Notes under the pieces: model-generated
Database searches by the model: none
What the model saw: the letters and a program-made list of their open reading frames with translations, nothing else
What the model was told of the DNA's origin: nothing
IMG/VR virus record: IMGVR_UViG_3300029130_000018
DNA: 43,040 bases
Direction: 5' to 3' (one strand)
From: a virus
Shown: in pieces, positions 1 through 6,483 of the stretch
Position numbering within the stretch: the stretch's first letter is position 1
Layout of the letters: every line of letters starts with the position of its first letter
Made by a program: the position numbers and the translations under genes

Positions 1-99
1 ATACCTCAAAAGTTAATGCCGCCGACGCGGATTGCGCGGTATTGCTGCCAAGTCCTCAAGGAGCAGACCGGGAAGGATAGATTTATCGTCACCGGCGTC
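1..99 (+). repeat. Terminal overlap copy 1 (identical to 42942-43040)
   Basis: Exact 99-nt identity read directly. It lies inside a coding frame that continues from 42645. Confidence 0.95.
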
Positions 100-591
100 C
101 GGTGGGCGGAAAGTTTTGCCCGCAAGGCGCACCGCGGCAGCTTGGAAATCCAGCGGCGCAACAGGGACGAAAAGTTGCTCCTCAACTGCGATAACGATGA
201 CGCGCGTCGACTTTTTGAGTCGTGCGAGCTTAAGGGCAAACGCATTTGCAATCCGATCGTAGATTGGACGGAGGATGATGTGTGGGCATACCTCAGCGAG
301 CAGAAGGTAGAGGTTAACCCGCTGTACTGCGAGGGCTGGAAGCGCGTCGGCTGCGTTGGCTGCCCGATGGCGGGAAAAGTACGTTATGCCGAGTTCGCGA
401 GATACCCAAAATTTCAGCAGCTGTACATAGCCGCATTTGAGCGTATGCTCGCAGAGCGCAAGCGGCGAGGCAAACTTGAGGGCAGTTGGAGCAAGGGCGC
501 AACAGGCCGCGATGTATTTCATTGGTGGATGGAGGACGGCGTTCTCCCCGGCCAGTATACGATTGATGATATGGAGACGAGCGATGAATAA
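1..591 (+). CDS. PAPS reductase-like PP-loop protein, C-terminal part (continues from 42645-42941 across the circular junction; 295 aa in total)
   Basis: Frame 1 is open from base 1 (IPQKLMPPTRIARYCCQVLKEQTGKDRF...) and matches the end of the 42645 ORF. It carries the Cys cluster CEGWKRVGCVGCPMAG typical of phage PAPS-reductase-family proteins. Stop at 589-591. Confidence 0.85.
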   Translation: MPQKLMPPTRIARYCCQVLKEQTGKDRFIVTGVRWAESFARKAHRGSLEIQRRNRDEKLLLNCDNDDARRLFESCELKGKRICNPIVDWTEDDVWAYLSEQKVEVNPLYCEGWKRVGCVGCPMAGKVRYAEFARYPKFQQLYIAAFERMLAERKRRGKLEGSWSKGATGRDVFHWWMEDGVLPGQYTIDDMETSDE

Positions 592-1009
592 AGGCTTGAT
601 GTTCTCGTCCGCGACGTGCGAGTGGGCAACGCCGCCGGAACTGTTTAAAACGCTCGACGCGGAGTTTGGTTTTACTTGCGATGTATGCGCCACAGCTGAT
701 AACGCAAAGTGCAAGGAGTTTTACTCGCCGGAACAAGACGGGCTTGCGCAGGAGTGGACGGGCGTATGCTGGTGCAACCCGCCATATGGCCGTGAGATTG
801 GCAAATGGGTACGCAAGGCAGCGGAAAGCCGCTGCACCGTCGTAATGCTTCTCCCGGCGCGCACGGATACAAAATGGTTTCACGATTACATATACGGCAA
901 GACGGAGATACGCTTCATAAAGGGGCGGCTAAAGTTTGGAGCTGCAAAAAACTCGGCTCCGTTCCCGTCAATAATAGTAATTTTTAAACGCGAAAGCGAG
1001 ACGGGCTAA
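584..1009 (+). CDS. Phage N6-adenine DNA methyltransferase (Dam-type, NPPY)
   Basis: MNKGLMFSSATCEWATPPELFKTLDAEFGFTCDVCA...WCNPPYGREIGKWVRKA...LLPARTDTKWFH...APFPS matches the phage Dam family pattern. ATGA overlap with the upstream stop. Confidence 0.9.
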   Translation: MNKGLMFSSATCEWATPPELFKTLDAEFGFTCDVCATADNAKCKEFYSPEQDGLAQEWTGVCWCNPPYGREIGKWVRKAAESRCTVVMLLPARTDTKWFHDYIYGKTEIRFIKGRLKFGAAKNSAPFPSIIVIFKRESETG

Positions 1010-1041
1010 ATGGCTGAATACATAGACAAGGAGGAACTGCA

Positions 1042-1206
1042 ATGAGATTTAAGGCGGCAAAAACAACAAACAAATTCGTAATAATACCAGCATTCGGCTG
1101 GATAAATGAGCGCCGTTATTACGGCTATCCGGTTATCGCCATTGCCTTTGCGTGGCTGTGCTGGCGGTGCAAAATCGAAATCGGGGTCAAGAAACATAGG
1201 AGGTAA
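1042..1206 (+). CDS. Small hypothetical membrane protein (54 aa)
   Basis: AAGGAGG 7 nt upstream of the ATG. Hydrophobic core IAIAFAWLCW. Below the ORF-track size cutoff, translated by hand. Confidence 0.4.
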   Translation: MRFKAAKTTNKFVIIPAFGWINERRYYGYPVIAIAFAWLCWRCKIEIGVKKHRR

Positions 1207-1209
1207 ATC

Positions 1210-1410
1210 ATGGCTGAACTGAAACCGTGCCCATTCTGCGGATGCGACATGAAGATCGAGACCGCGACGATTGATTATATCGAAACTGCCTTGCTCGTTG
1301 GAAATCCTCGGCATAAGGATGGGTGCATGATGGGCGTAATGCCATCGTTGAGAAGCAAAGACGTTGACAAGCTGGTCGAATTTTGGAACAGGATGGCTGA
1401 CAATGGATGA
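1210..1410 (+). CDS. Lar-family restriction alleviation protein
   Basis: N-terminal LKPCPFCG zinc-ribbon signature, ~66 aa, AGGAGG RBS. Confidence 0.6.
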   Translation: MAELKPCPFCGCDMKIETATIDYIETALLVGNPRHKDGCMMGVMPSLRSKDVDKLVEFWNRMADNG

Positions 1411-1636
1411 ACTGACAAGAGAAAAAGTGAGCGAAGTAATGTGCGATTTCTTGAAGGCTATTATTTGCATTGCTGACGAGGGGAATTATGATAGAGACTC
1501 TTTCGTAACGGCAATTGCCGATATGTTCGCCGCGTTAGTAAAAATCGGCACATTCGAAAATTTCAAGACTGCCGGAGGTGACGGCGATGCCGGTGTGCGG
1601 CAACCGTTAGAATGGGATGGTGCTGACAATGGCTGA
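1403..1636 (+). CDS. Hypothetical protein
   Basis: In-frame ATG in an ATGGATGA overlap with the Lar stop. Acidic helical protein. Confidence 0.5.
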   Translation: MDELTREKVSEVMCDFLKAIICIADEGNYDRDSFVTAIADMFAALVKIGTFENFKTAGGDGDAGVRQPLEWDGADNG

Positions 1637-1853
1637 ATACAAAATCTGCTTTAGCGTGGCTGGGGCGTTTGGCGCTCAAATCAGATTTGAGGCAAAACCC
1701 GGCGTATCCTATGAGGACGTTGCGGCGTCTATTAACAAGGAAAAGCTGGTCCGGCTGATGTGCCTCGACACCTTGGGCTACTCCGCAAAGGACATTGAGG
1801 TTATCACTCCTGAACAGTACGAAGCGGAATTTGGAGGGGATGAAGATGGATGA
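1629..1853 (+). CDS. Hypothetical protein
   Basis: ATGGCTGA overlap with the upstream stop, the same junction sequence as at 1403. Normal codon usage. Confidence 0.5.
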   Translation: MAEYKICFSVAGAFGAQIRFEAKPGVSYEDVAASINKEKLVRLMCLDTLGYSAKDIEVITPEQYEAEFGGDEDG

Positions 1854-2358
1854 ATACATAAGCCGCAAGGCGGCAATCGCTTATATCCGTGAGCAATCGG
1901 AAGAATGTCAAAAAGCGTTTGAAGAGCTTGGCGGGGAAAGCGGAATCTACGCAGACGCCTATAACGATTTGGCGGAGGACTTTTACAGCATTCCCGCCGC
2001 CGACGTTGCGCCGGAGGGCTGGATCAGCGTCAAAGACAAGCTGCCGGAGCCGGAAACCGAAGTTCTGGCGGTGTGTGTGCGGGACGGCTACCGCTTCATC
2101 TGCCCCGTGATTTTTGAGGACGGAACCATGCTGACGCAAAACAGCATGTGGAACTGGTATGAGTTGGAGAATTACGGGTTGTATAGTGAAGAAAACGATG
2201 ATTACTTTATCCCTGAAGGTTGGTGGGAAAATCGGCAGTTCACACCGGACGACATATACAACAATCCCGTGGATTGCACGGTCACGCACTGGATGCCGCT
2301 CCCCGAACCACCGATGAGCGCGATAATGGACGGTGAAAGCAATGGCAAGGCTGATTGA
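1840..2358 (+). CDS. DUF551-domain protein
   Basis: C-terminal WISVKDKLPEPETEVLAV...THWMPLPEPP is the DUF551 signature. GGAGGGG RBS. Confidence 0.7.
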   Translation: MKMDEYISRKAAIAYIREQSEECQKAFEELGGESGIYADAYNDLAEDFYSIPAADVAPEGWISVKDKLPEPETEVLAVCVRDGYRFICPVIFEDGTMLTQNSMWNWYELENYGLYSEENDDYFIPEGWWENRQFTPDDIYNNPVDCTVTHWMPLPEPPMSAIMDGESNGKAD

Positions 2359-2629
2359 CGCGGATATAGCATTAGAAAATATCGACGAATGGCTTGACAC
2401 AGTTGGAACGGCGCTGATTGGCCGAGGGCTTTCATATTATGCGGAACTGCAAGGCTGCATAGAGGATGCGCCCACGGTTGACGCTGTTCCCGTGGTGCGT
2501 TGCGAGGACTGCAAGTATGGCGAGTTTGTCTCGTGGTGTTCCAAATACTCCTGCCGCAAGGTCGAGGGGTTTCTGAATTTTCACAATTTTTATTGCAAGG
2601 ATGGTGCAAGAAAGGAGGATGCGGAGTGA
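2342..2629 (+). CDS. Hypothetical Cys-containing protein
   Basis: ORF 2333-2629. The ATG at 2342 is preferred (MARLIDADIALENI...). Confidence 0.5.
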   Translation: MARLIDADIALENIDEWLDTVGTALIGRGLSYYAELQGCIEDAPTVDAVPVVRCEDCKYGEFVSWCSKYSCRKVEGFLNFHNFYCKDGARKEDAE

Positions 2630-2793
2630 GTGAAAAACGAGAAAAGAGGTGCCGCTACAATCTGCGGCTCGATTTTATCGCGCAGTTTTACAAGTGGCTC
2701 GATAGTGAGCCGCCGCGCTGGAAGCTTGTAAGTTGGCGCAGATGGAGAGATAGCCGACCAACAATGCGCCGTGAGGTGGAAACCGATGTTTGA
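2626..2793 (+). CDS. Hypothetical protein (55 aa, GTG start)
   Basis: AGGAGG 7 nt before a GTG that overlaps the upstream stop. Arg/Trp-rich. Confidence 0.35.
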   Translation: MSEKREKRCRYNLRLDFIAQFYKWLDSEPPRWKLVSWRRWRDSRPTMRREVETDV

Positions 2794-2817
2794 CTGGATT
2801 ATTAAGGAGAGTGACAC

Positions 2818-2919
2818 ATGATACATTGGCTATGGGCGCTCGCGGCGTTTATCCTCGGCGGCTCGCTTGGCACCTTGATAATGGCCGTCATCATCGGAGG
2901 GAGCCGCGGCGATGAGTAA
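2818..2919 (+). CDS. Small membrane protein (33 aa)
   Basis: AAGGAG RBS and a single TM segment, WLWALAAFILGGSLGTLIMAVIIGG. Translated by hand. Confidence 0.4.
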   Translation: MIHWLWALAAFILGGSLGTLIMAVIIGGSRGDE

Positions 2920-3237
2920 GTACCACAACACCAGGACGACGGTTTCCGGCCATACCTTTGACAGCCGCCATGAGGCCGAGAGATACATCGTACTGCGGAG
3001 CATGGAGAGAAGAGCGGGTTAATATCCAACCTGCGCTTGCAAGTGCCGTATGAGCTGGTACAGGGGCGGAAGATAAAGGGCAAGACGATACGCCCATCGT
3101 ATTACATCGCCGACTTTGTATACACCTGCGGCGGCGAAGAAGTAGTGGAGGACGCGAAGGGCGTGAAGACGGCGGTATATCAGCTCAAGAAAAAGCTGAT
3201 GGCGGACAGATACGGTATATTGATACAGGAGGTGTAG
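2912..3237 (+). pseudogene. DUF1064-family gene interrupted by a frameshift
   Basis: Frame 2 gives MSKYHNTRTTVSGHTFDSRHEAERYIVLRSME and stops at 3020-3022. Frame 1 continues EKSGLISNLRLQVPYELVQG...YYIADFVY...VEDAKGVKT to 3237. Together they give a full DUF1064 pattern. The break lies in the GAGAGAAGAG tract at 3005-3014. Confidence 0.6.
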
Positions 3238-3239
3238 CG

Positions 3240-3464
3240 ATGGAATCTTGGCGGGCGGCGGACATAAAATGCCCGTACTACAAAAACTGCGACGACAACA
3301 GACGGCTTATAATCTGCGAGGGCATCATGGATCGGACGACTCTGAGTACAAAGTTCCGCCGCAGGAAGGACATGGCGAACCACATAGCGGCGAACTGCGA
3401 GCAGATCGCGTCTCCATGCGTTATACGCAAGCTGAACGACAAGAAATACGAAAACTTGGGGTGA
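3240..3464 (+). CDS. Hypothetical Cys-rich protein
   Basis: 74-aa ORF directly after 3237, with CPYYKNC...CEG...C...C spacing. Confidence 0.55.
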   Translation: MESWRAADIKCPYYKNCDDNRRLIICEGIMDRTTLSTKFRRRKDMANHIAANCEQIASPCVIRKLNDKKYENLG

Positions 3465-3481
3465 AAGCCCCAAGTTTTTTA
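3454..3481 (+). terminator. Rho-independent terminator
   Basis: ACTTGGGG-TGAAAG-CCCCAAGT followed by TTTTTT. Confidence 0.7.
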
Positions 3482-3482
3482 G

Positions 3483-3525
3483 TTTTAGGGTTAGAGAAAG
3501 GGCGGGCGGATTTAGTAAAATAAGC
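3483..3525 (+). promoter_or_regulatory. Conserved late-operon motif, copy 1 (GGGTTAGAGAAA-N8-GGATTT-N2-TAAAAT)
   Basis: Near-identical motif at 20757-20800. Both copies follow a terminator and precede a late operon (here terS). Confidence 0.45.
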
Positions 3526-3541
3526 AGGAGGAGGTGAGCCG

Positions 3542-4027
3542 ATGGGAAAGAAGTCACCGAACTGGGCAAAAATCGAAAAAGAATACGTGACGACCGAGGC
3601 GAGCCTCCGCCAGCTGGCGGCAAAGTACGGCGTGGGCATGAGCTCCATGAACCGGCACTCACGCGAGCGCGGCTGGGTAGCCAAGCGCAAGGCACACGAA
3701 AACGCGGTAGCGGACAAGGTGGGGGCGCGACTCGCCTCGGCGGAAGCTGACGAACAGTCAGACAGGGCTCTGCGGGTAATGCAGGTATCAGACAAGCTGC
3801 TTGACCTCTGCGAGAAGATGTGCGACATGGAGGGCATAGCCCCGCGCGATCTGCGGAGCCTGACGGCGGCGCTGATGGATATAAAGGAGATACAGATGAT
3901 CAAGTCTGCTCTTGATATACGAGAGCAACAGGCACGAATCAAGAATCTTGAGAAAGCGGCAAGCCCTGAAGCCGAGGACACCGGCGAGACCGGCGTGATC
4001 ATCCTGCCGGAGGTGCTGCATGGCTGA
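3542..4027 (+). CDS. terS: Terminase small subunit (HTH type)
   Basis: N-terminal HTH EASLRQLAAKYGVGMSSMNRH, a coiled C-terminal part, and an overlap with terL. Confidence 0.75.
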   Translation: MGKKSPNWAKIEKEYVTTEASLRQLAAKYGVGMSSMNRHSRERGWVAKRKAHENAVADKVGARLASAEADEQSDRALRVMQVSDKLLDLCEKMCDMEGIAPRDLRSLTAALMDIKEIQMIKSALDIREQQARIKNLEKAASPEAEDTGETGVIILPEVLHG

Positions 4028-5495
4028 GGTGATATGGACGCCGCAGGAGAAGCAGATCGCCTTTATGGAACGGCCGGAGTATGAGGCCTTATACGGCGGA
4101 GCGGCGGGCGGAGGCAAGAGCGATGCGTTGCTCGTCGAAGCGCTGCGGCAGGTGGACAACCCCGACTACCGCGGGCTGATCCTGCGAAAGACATACCCGC
4201 AGCTGGCGGAGCTGATAGACCGCAGCATGGCGATATACCCGCTGGCTTTCCCGCGGGCAAAGTACAACGACAGCAAACACGTCTGGATGTTCCCTTCGGG
4301 CGCGAAGATATATTTCGGCTCGATGCAGCACAGCAAGGACAAGATAAACTACCAGGGCAAGCGCTACGATTTTATAGGCTTTGACGAGCTGACGCATTTT
4401 ACATGGGAGGAGTACAGCTACATGTTTTCGCGCAACCGTCCGAGCCGGAAGCCGAGGAGCACCAAGAAAACCCGCGTATACATACGCGCAACGACAAACC
4501 CCGGCGGCATCGGCCACGGCTGGGTGAAGGACAGGTTTATAGATGCCGCTCCTCCGTTGACTCCGATAACCGAGAAGGTGGAGATAACGACGCCGGAGGG
4601 CAAGCTCATCGAGATGCACCGGGACAGGATATTTATACCGGCGACGGTATTTGACAACAAAGCGCTGCTGGAGGCTGACCCAGAATATCTGGCGACGCTG
4701 GCACTGCTCCCCGAAAAGGAGCGCGAGGCGCTGCTGTACGGCAAATGGGACACCTTTGAGGGGCAGTACTTCACGGAGTTCCGCGCCTCGCCAGACGTGG
4801 GGAAGTGCGCGGCGGCGGGGATAAGCGTGGAGGACGCTAAAACCGAAAGACGCTTTACGCACGTTATACCGGCCTTTGATATCTCGCACGGCGAGAGCCG
4901 GGGCTGGCGCATATACCGGAGCTATGACTGGGGCTATGCCAAGCCCTTCTCCTGCGCGTGGTGGGCGGTTGACTACGACGGAACGATATACAGGATCATG
5001 GAGCTTTACGGCTGCACGCGGACACCGAACGAGGGTGTGAAGTGGTCGAACGAAGAGCAGTTTGCCAAGATCGCGGAGATTGAGCGGACGCACCCGTGGC
5101 TCAAGGGCAAGAAAATACAGGGCGTGGCCGACCCGTCGATATGGGCGAACAAGGGCGGCGTAAGCATTGCAGAGACTGCGATAAAGTACGGGATATACTT
5201 CGACCCCGGCGACAATGAGCGCATACCCGGCTGGATGCAGTGCCACTACCGGCTGCAGTTTGATGAGCGCGGATATCCGAGGATGTACGTATTTGACTCG
5301 TGCAAGGCGTTTATACGCACGGTCCCCCTGCTGATGTACAGCCAGACGCACGTCGAGGACGTGGACAGCGACATGGAGGATCATGTGGCCGACGAGTGGA
5401 GATATTTTTGCATGTCACGCCCGATAAAGCCGATGCGGCCGGTCGAGCAGCCAAACATCATAAACGACCCGCTGAACCAATATAAAAAAAGATGA
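4020..5495 (+). CDS. terL: Terminase large subunit
   Basis: Walker A YGGAAGGGKSDAL, Walker B-like YDFIGFDELTHF and a C-terminal nuclease-region pattern. 491 aa. Confidence 0.95.
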   Translation: MAEVIWTPQEKQIAFMERPEYEALYGGAAGGGKSDALLVEALRQVDNPDYRGLILRKTYPQLAELIDRSMAIYPLAFPRAKYNDSKHVWMFPSGAKIYFGSMQHSKDKINYQGKRYDFIGFDELTHFTWEEYSYMFSRNRPSRKPRSTKKTRVYIRATTNPGGIGHGWVKDRFIDAAPPLTPITEKVEITTPEGKLIEMHRDRIFIPATVFDNKALLEADPEYLATLALLPEKEREALLYGKWDTFEGQYFTEFRASPDVGKCAAAGISVEDAKTERRFTHVIPAFDISHGESRGWRIYRSYDWGYAKPFSCAWWAVDYDGTIYRIMELYGCTRTPNEGVKWSNEEQFAKIAEIERTHPWLKGKKIQGVADPSIWANKGGVSIAETAIKYGIYFDPGDNERIPGWMQCHYRLQFDERGYPRMYVFDSCKAFIRTVPLLMYSQTHVEDVDSDMEDHVADEWRYFCMSRPIKPMRPVEQPNIINDPLNQYKKR

Positions 5496-5514
5496 CGCCT
5501 TTCGGCATCATCTT
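5484..5514 (-). terminator. Intrinsic terminator of the leftward cassette (hairpin overlaps the terL stop)
   Basis: AAGATGACGCC-TTTC-GGCATCATCTT (one mismatch). On the minus strand it is followed by TTTTTTT. Confidence 0.55.
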
Positions 5515-5607
5515 CCCGCTTACTAAAAATTAAATAATTATTTCAATCCACAGCCCACGAGGGGCTGACACCGATATTATAACGGCTCATGGCGGAGTTG
5601 TCAAGGG

Positions 5608-6057
5608 TCAACGCTCCGCGCGGATTCGCGCGAACTCCAGCATCCACACGCCCTGCTGCTGCAAGGTCAGGCACTTGCCGAAGTCTCGCTGCATAGTCTC
5701 GGCGCTTATGCGGCCAAACAAATCGCCGATCTGCTTGTCAATTTCCGGCGTGGCCTTGTGCATCGCGTGGAGCTTTTGCACGTACCGGGACACAAGCAGG
5801 AGCGGGAAGCGCTGGGCATTTGCGATGTCCGCCTCGTTGCGGGATTTAGTCGCCGCGTAGCAGACGGCGAATATACCGGCTGCGGCCTTGATCTCATCGT
5901 TTGTCATGGTTGTTTCTCCTTCCGCGTCGAGGGAGGCGAGCAGCACATCCTCGACATAATTTGTGATACTGCGGTTTTTGCTTGCGGCGGCTTCCGCGAG
6001 CCGCGCTTTGACATCCGGCGTGATCCGGATGTACAGACGTTCGGTTTTCCCTGCCAT
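5608..6057 (-). CDS. Ribbon-helix-helix (CopG/Arc-like) DNA-binding protein with an unknown ~100-aa C-terminal domain
   Basis: MAGKTERLYIRITPDVKARLAEAAASKNRSITNYVEDVLLASL is an RHH pattern. The start is 1 nt after the upstream stop. Confidence 0.7.
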   Translation of the reverse strand: MAGKTERLYIRITPDVKARLAEAAASKNRSITNYVEDVLLASLDAEGETTMTNDEIKAAAGIFAVCYAATKSRNEADIANAQRFPLLLVSRYVQKLHAMHKATPEIDKQIGDLFGRISAETMQRDFGKCLTLQQQGVWMLEFARIRAER

Positions 6058-6058
6058 G

Positions 6059-6334
6059 TCAGTTGCCACCCACGACAGAGAGCTTGCGCAGGACATAACC
6101 ATCGCCGTCGAAGCAACGGAGGCACGGCGCGTTATCACCGCACAGGACCTCATCGAGCAGATAGGTTATGCCGGCGACACCGATGAGCACCTCGCCCGCG
6201 CCGTTGACGCCGGCGTAAAGGTCATCAGGAATGTTGACGCTCAGCGCGTCGGACACTTCACCGCGGCGGGTGCTGTACACCGTGCGCTTCTCCGCTCCGA
6301 GGAGCCCGTAATTAGCATAAATCGTAGTTGTCAT
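6059..6334 (-). CDS. Hypothetical protein (91 aa), first gene of the leftward cassette
   Basis: AAAGGAGGAAAACACA precedes the ATG at 6334 (MTTTIYANYG...). No family recognised. Confidence 0.6.
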   Translation of the reverse strand: MTTTIYANYGLLGAEKRTVYSTRRGEVSDALSVNIPDDLYAGVNGAGEVLIGVAGITYLLDEVLCGDNAPCLRCFDGDGYVLRKLSVVGGN

Positions 6335-6394
6335 TGTGTTTTCCTCCTTTTTGATTTTGATTCGAGAGCTTTGCGCTCTCTCAAGTACGCCCTT

Positions 6395-6423
6395 ATTGTA
6401 CGCCATTTGTGCGTACAAATCAA
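6395..6423 (-). promoter_or_regulatory. Leftward promoter TTGATT-17-TACAAT with an embedded inverted repeat TTGTACGC-N7-GCGTACAA
   Basis: -35 at 6423-6418 and -10 at 6400-6395 (minus strand). The 8-bp inverted repeat at 6396-6418 spans the spacer and the -10. Confidence 0.5.
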
Positions 6424-6454
6424 TAGGCAGAATGCACAAAATTTAAACTCAATA

Positions 6455-6464
6455 TTTGTACAAA
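6455..6464. promoter_or_regulatory. Perfect palindrome TTTGTACAAA (third TTGTAC motif) just upstream of the portal RBS
   Basis: Read directly. It shares the TTGTAC half-site with the 6396-6418 inverted repeat. Confidence 0.35.
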
Positions 6465-6483
6465 ATGGCAAGGAGGCCGTTGA

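Noticed and set aside
1-99. The 99-bp terminal direct repeat as genuine phage DTRs or element LTRs.
   Set aside because: The repeat lies inside a coding frame and precisely reconstitutes one ORF across the junction. This is the behaviour of an assembly overlap in a circular or permuted genome.
1396-1636. Repeated junction GCTGACAATGG(A/C)TGA at 1396-1410 and 1622-1636 as a regulatory repeat.
   Set aside because: It is explained by two consecutive genes both ending in ...ADNG-stop while overlapping the next ATG (translational coupling). There is no evidence for an independent function.
3180-3695. 171-aa minus-strand ORF and the 3248-3523 plus-strand ORF spanning the terminator and late motif.
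   Set aside because: Both cross a clear intrinsic terminator and the terS start region. They have no RBS and overlap better-supported genes (3240-3464, 3542-4027).
4089-5384. 431-aa minus-strand ORF inside terL. Similar long antisense ORFs occur at 7099-8259, 9125-9961, 10359-11684, 13497-14840, 17571-18419, 20793-21647, 21839-23176, 23429-24247 and 25474-26526.
   Set aside because: These are shadow ORFs typical of high-GC coding DNA. They lie fully inside plus-strand genes that have recognisable family motifs. They are Arg/Leu/His/Val-rich with no RBS and no domain pattern.
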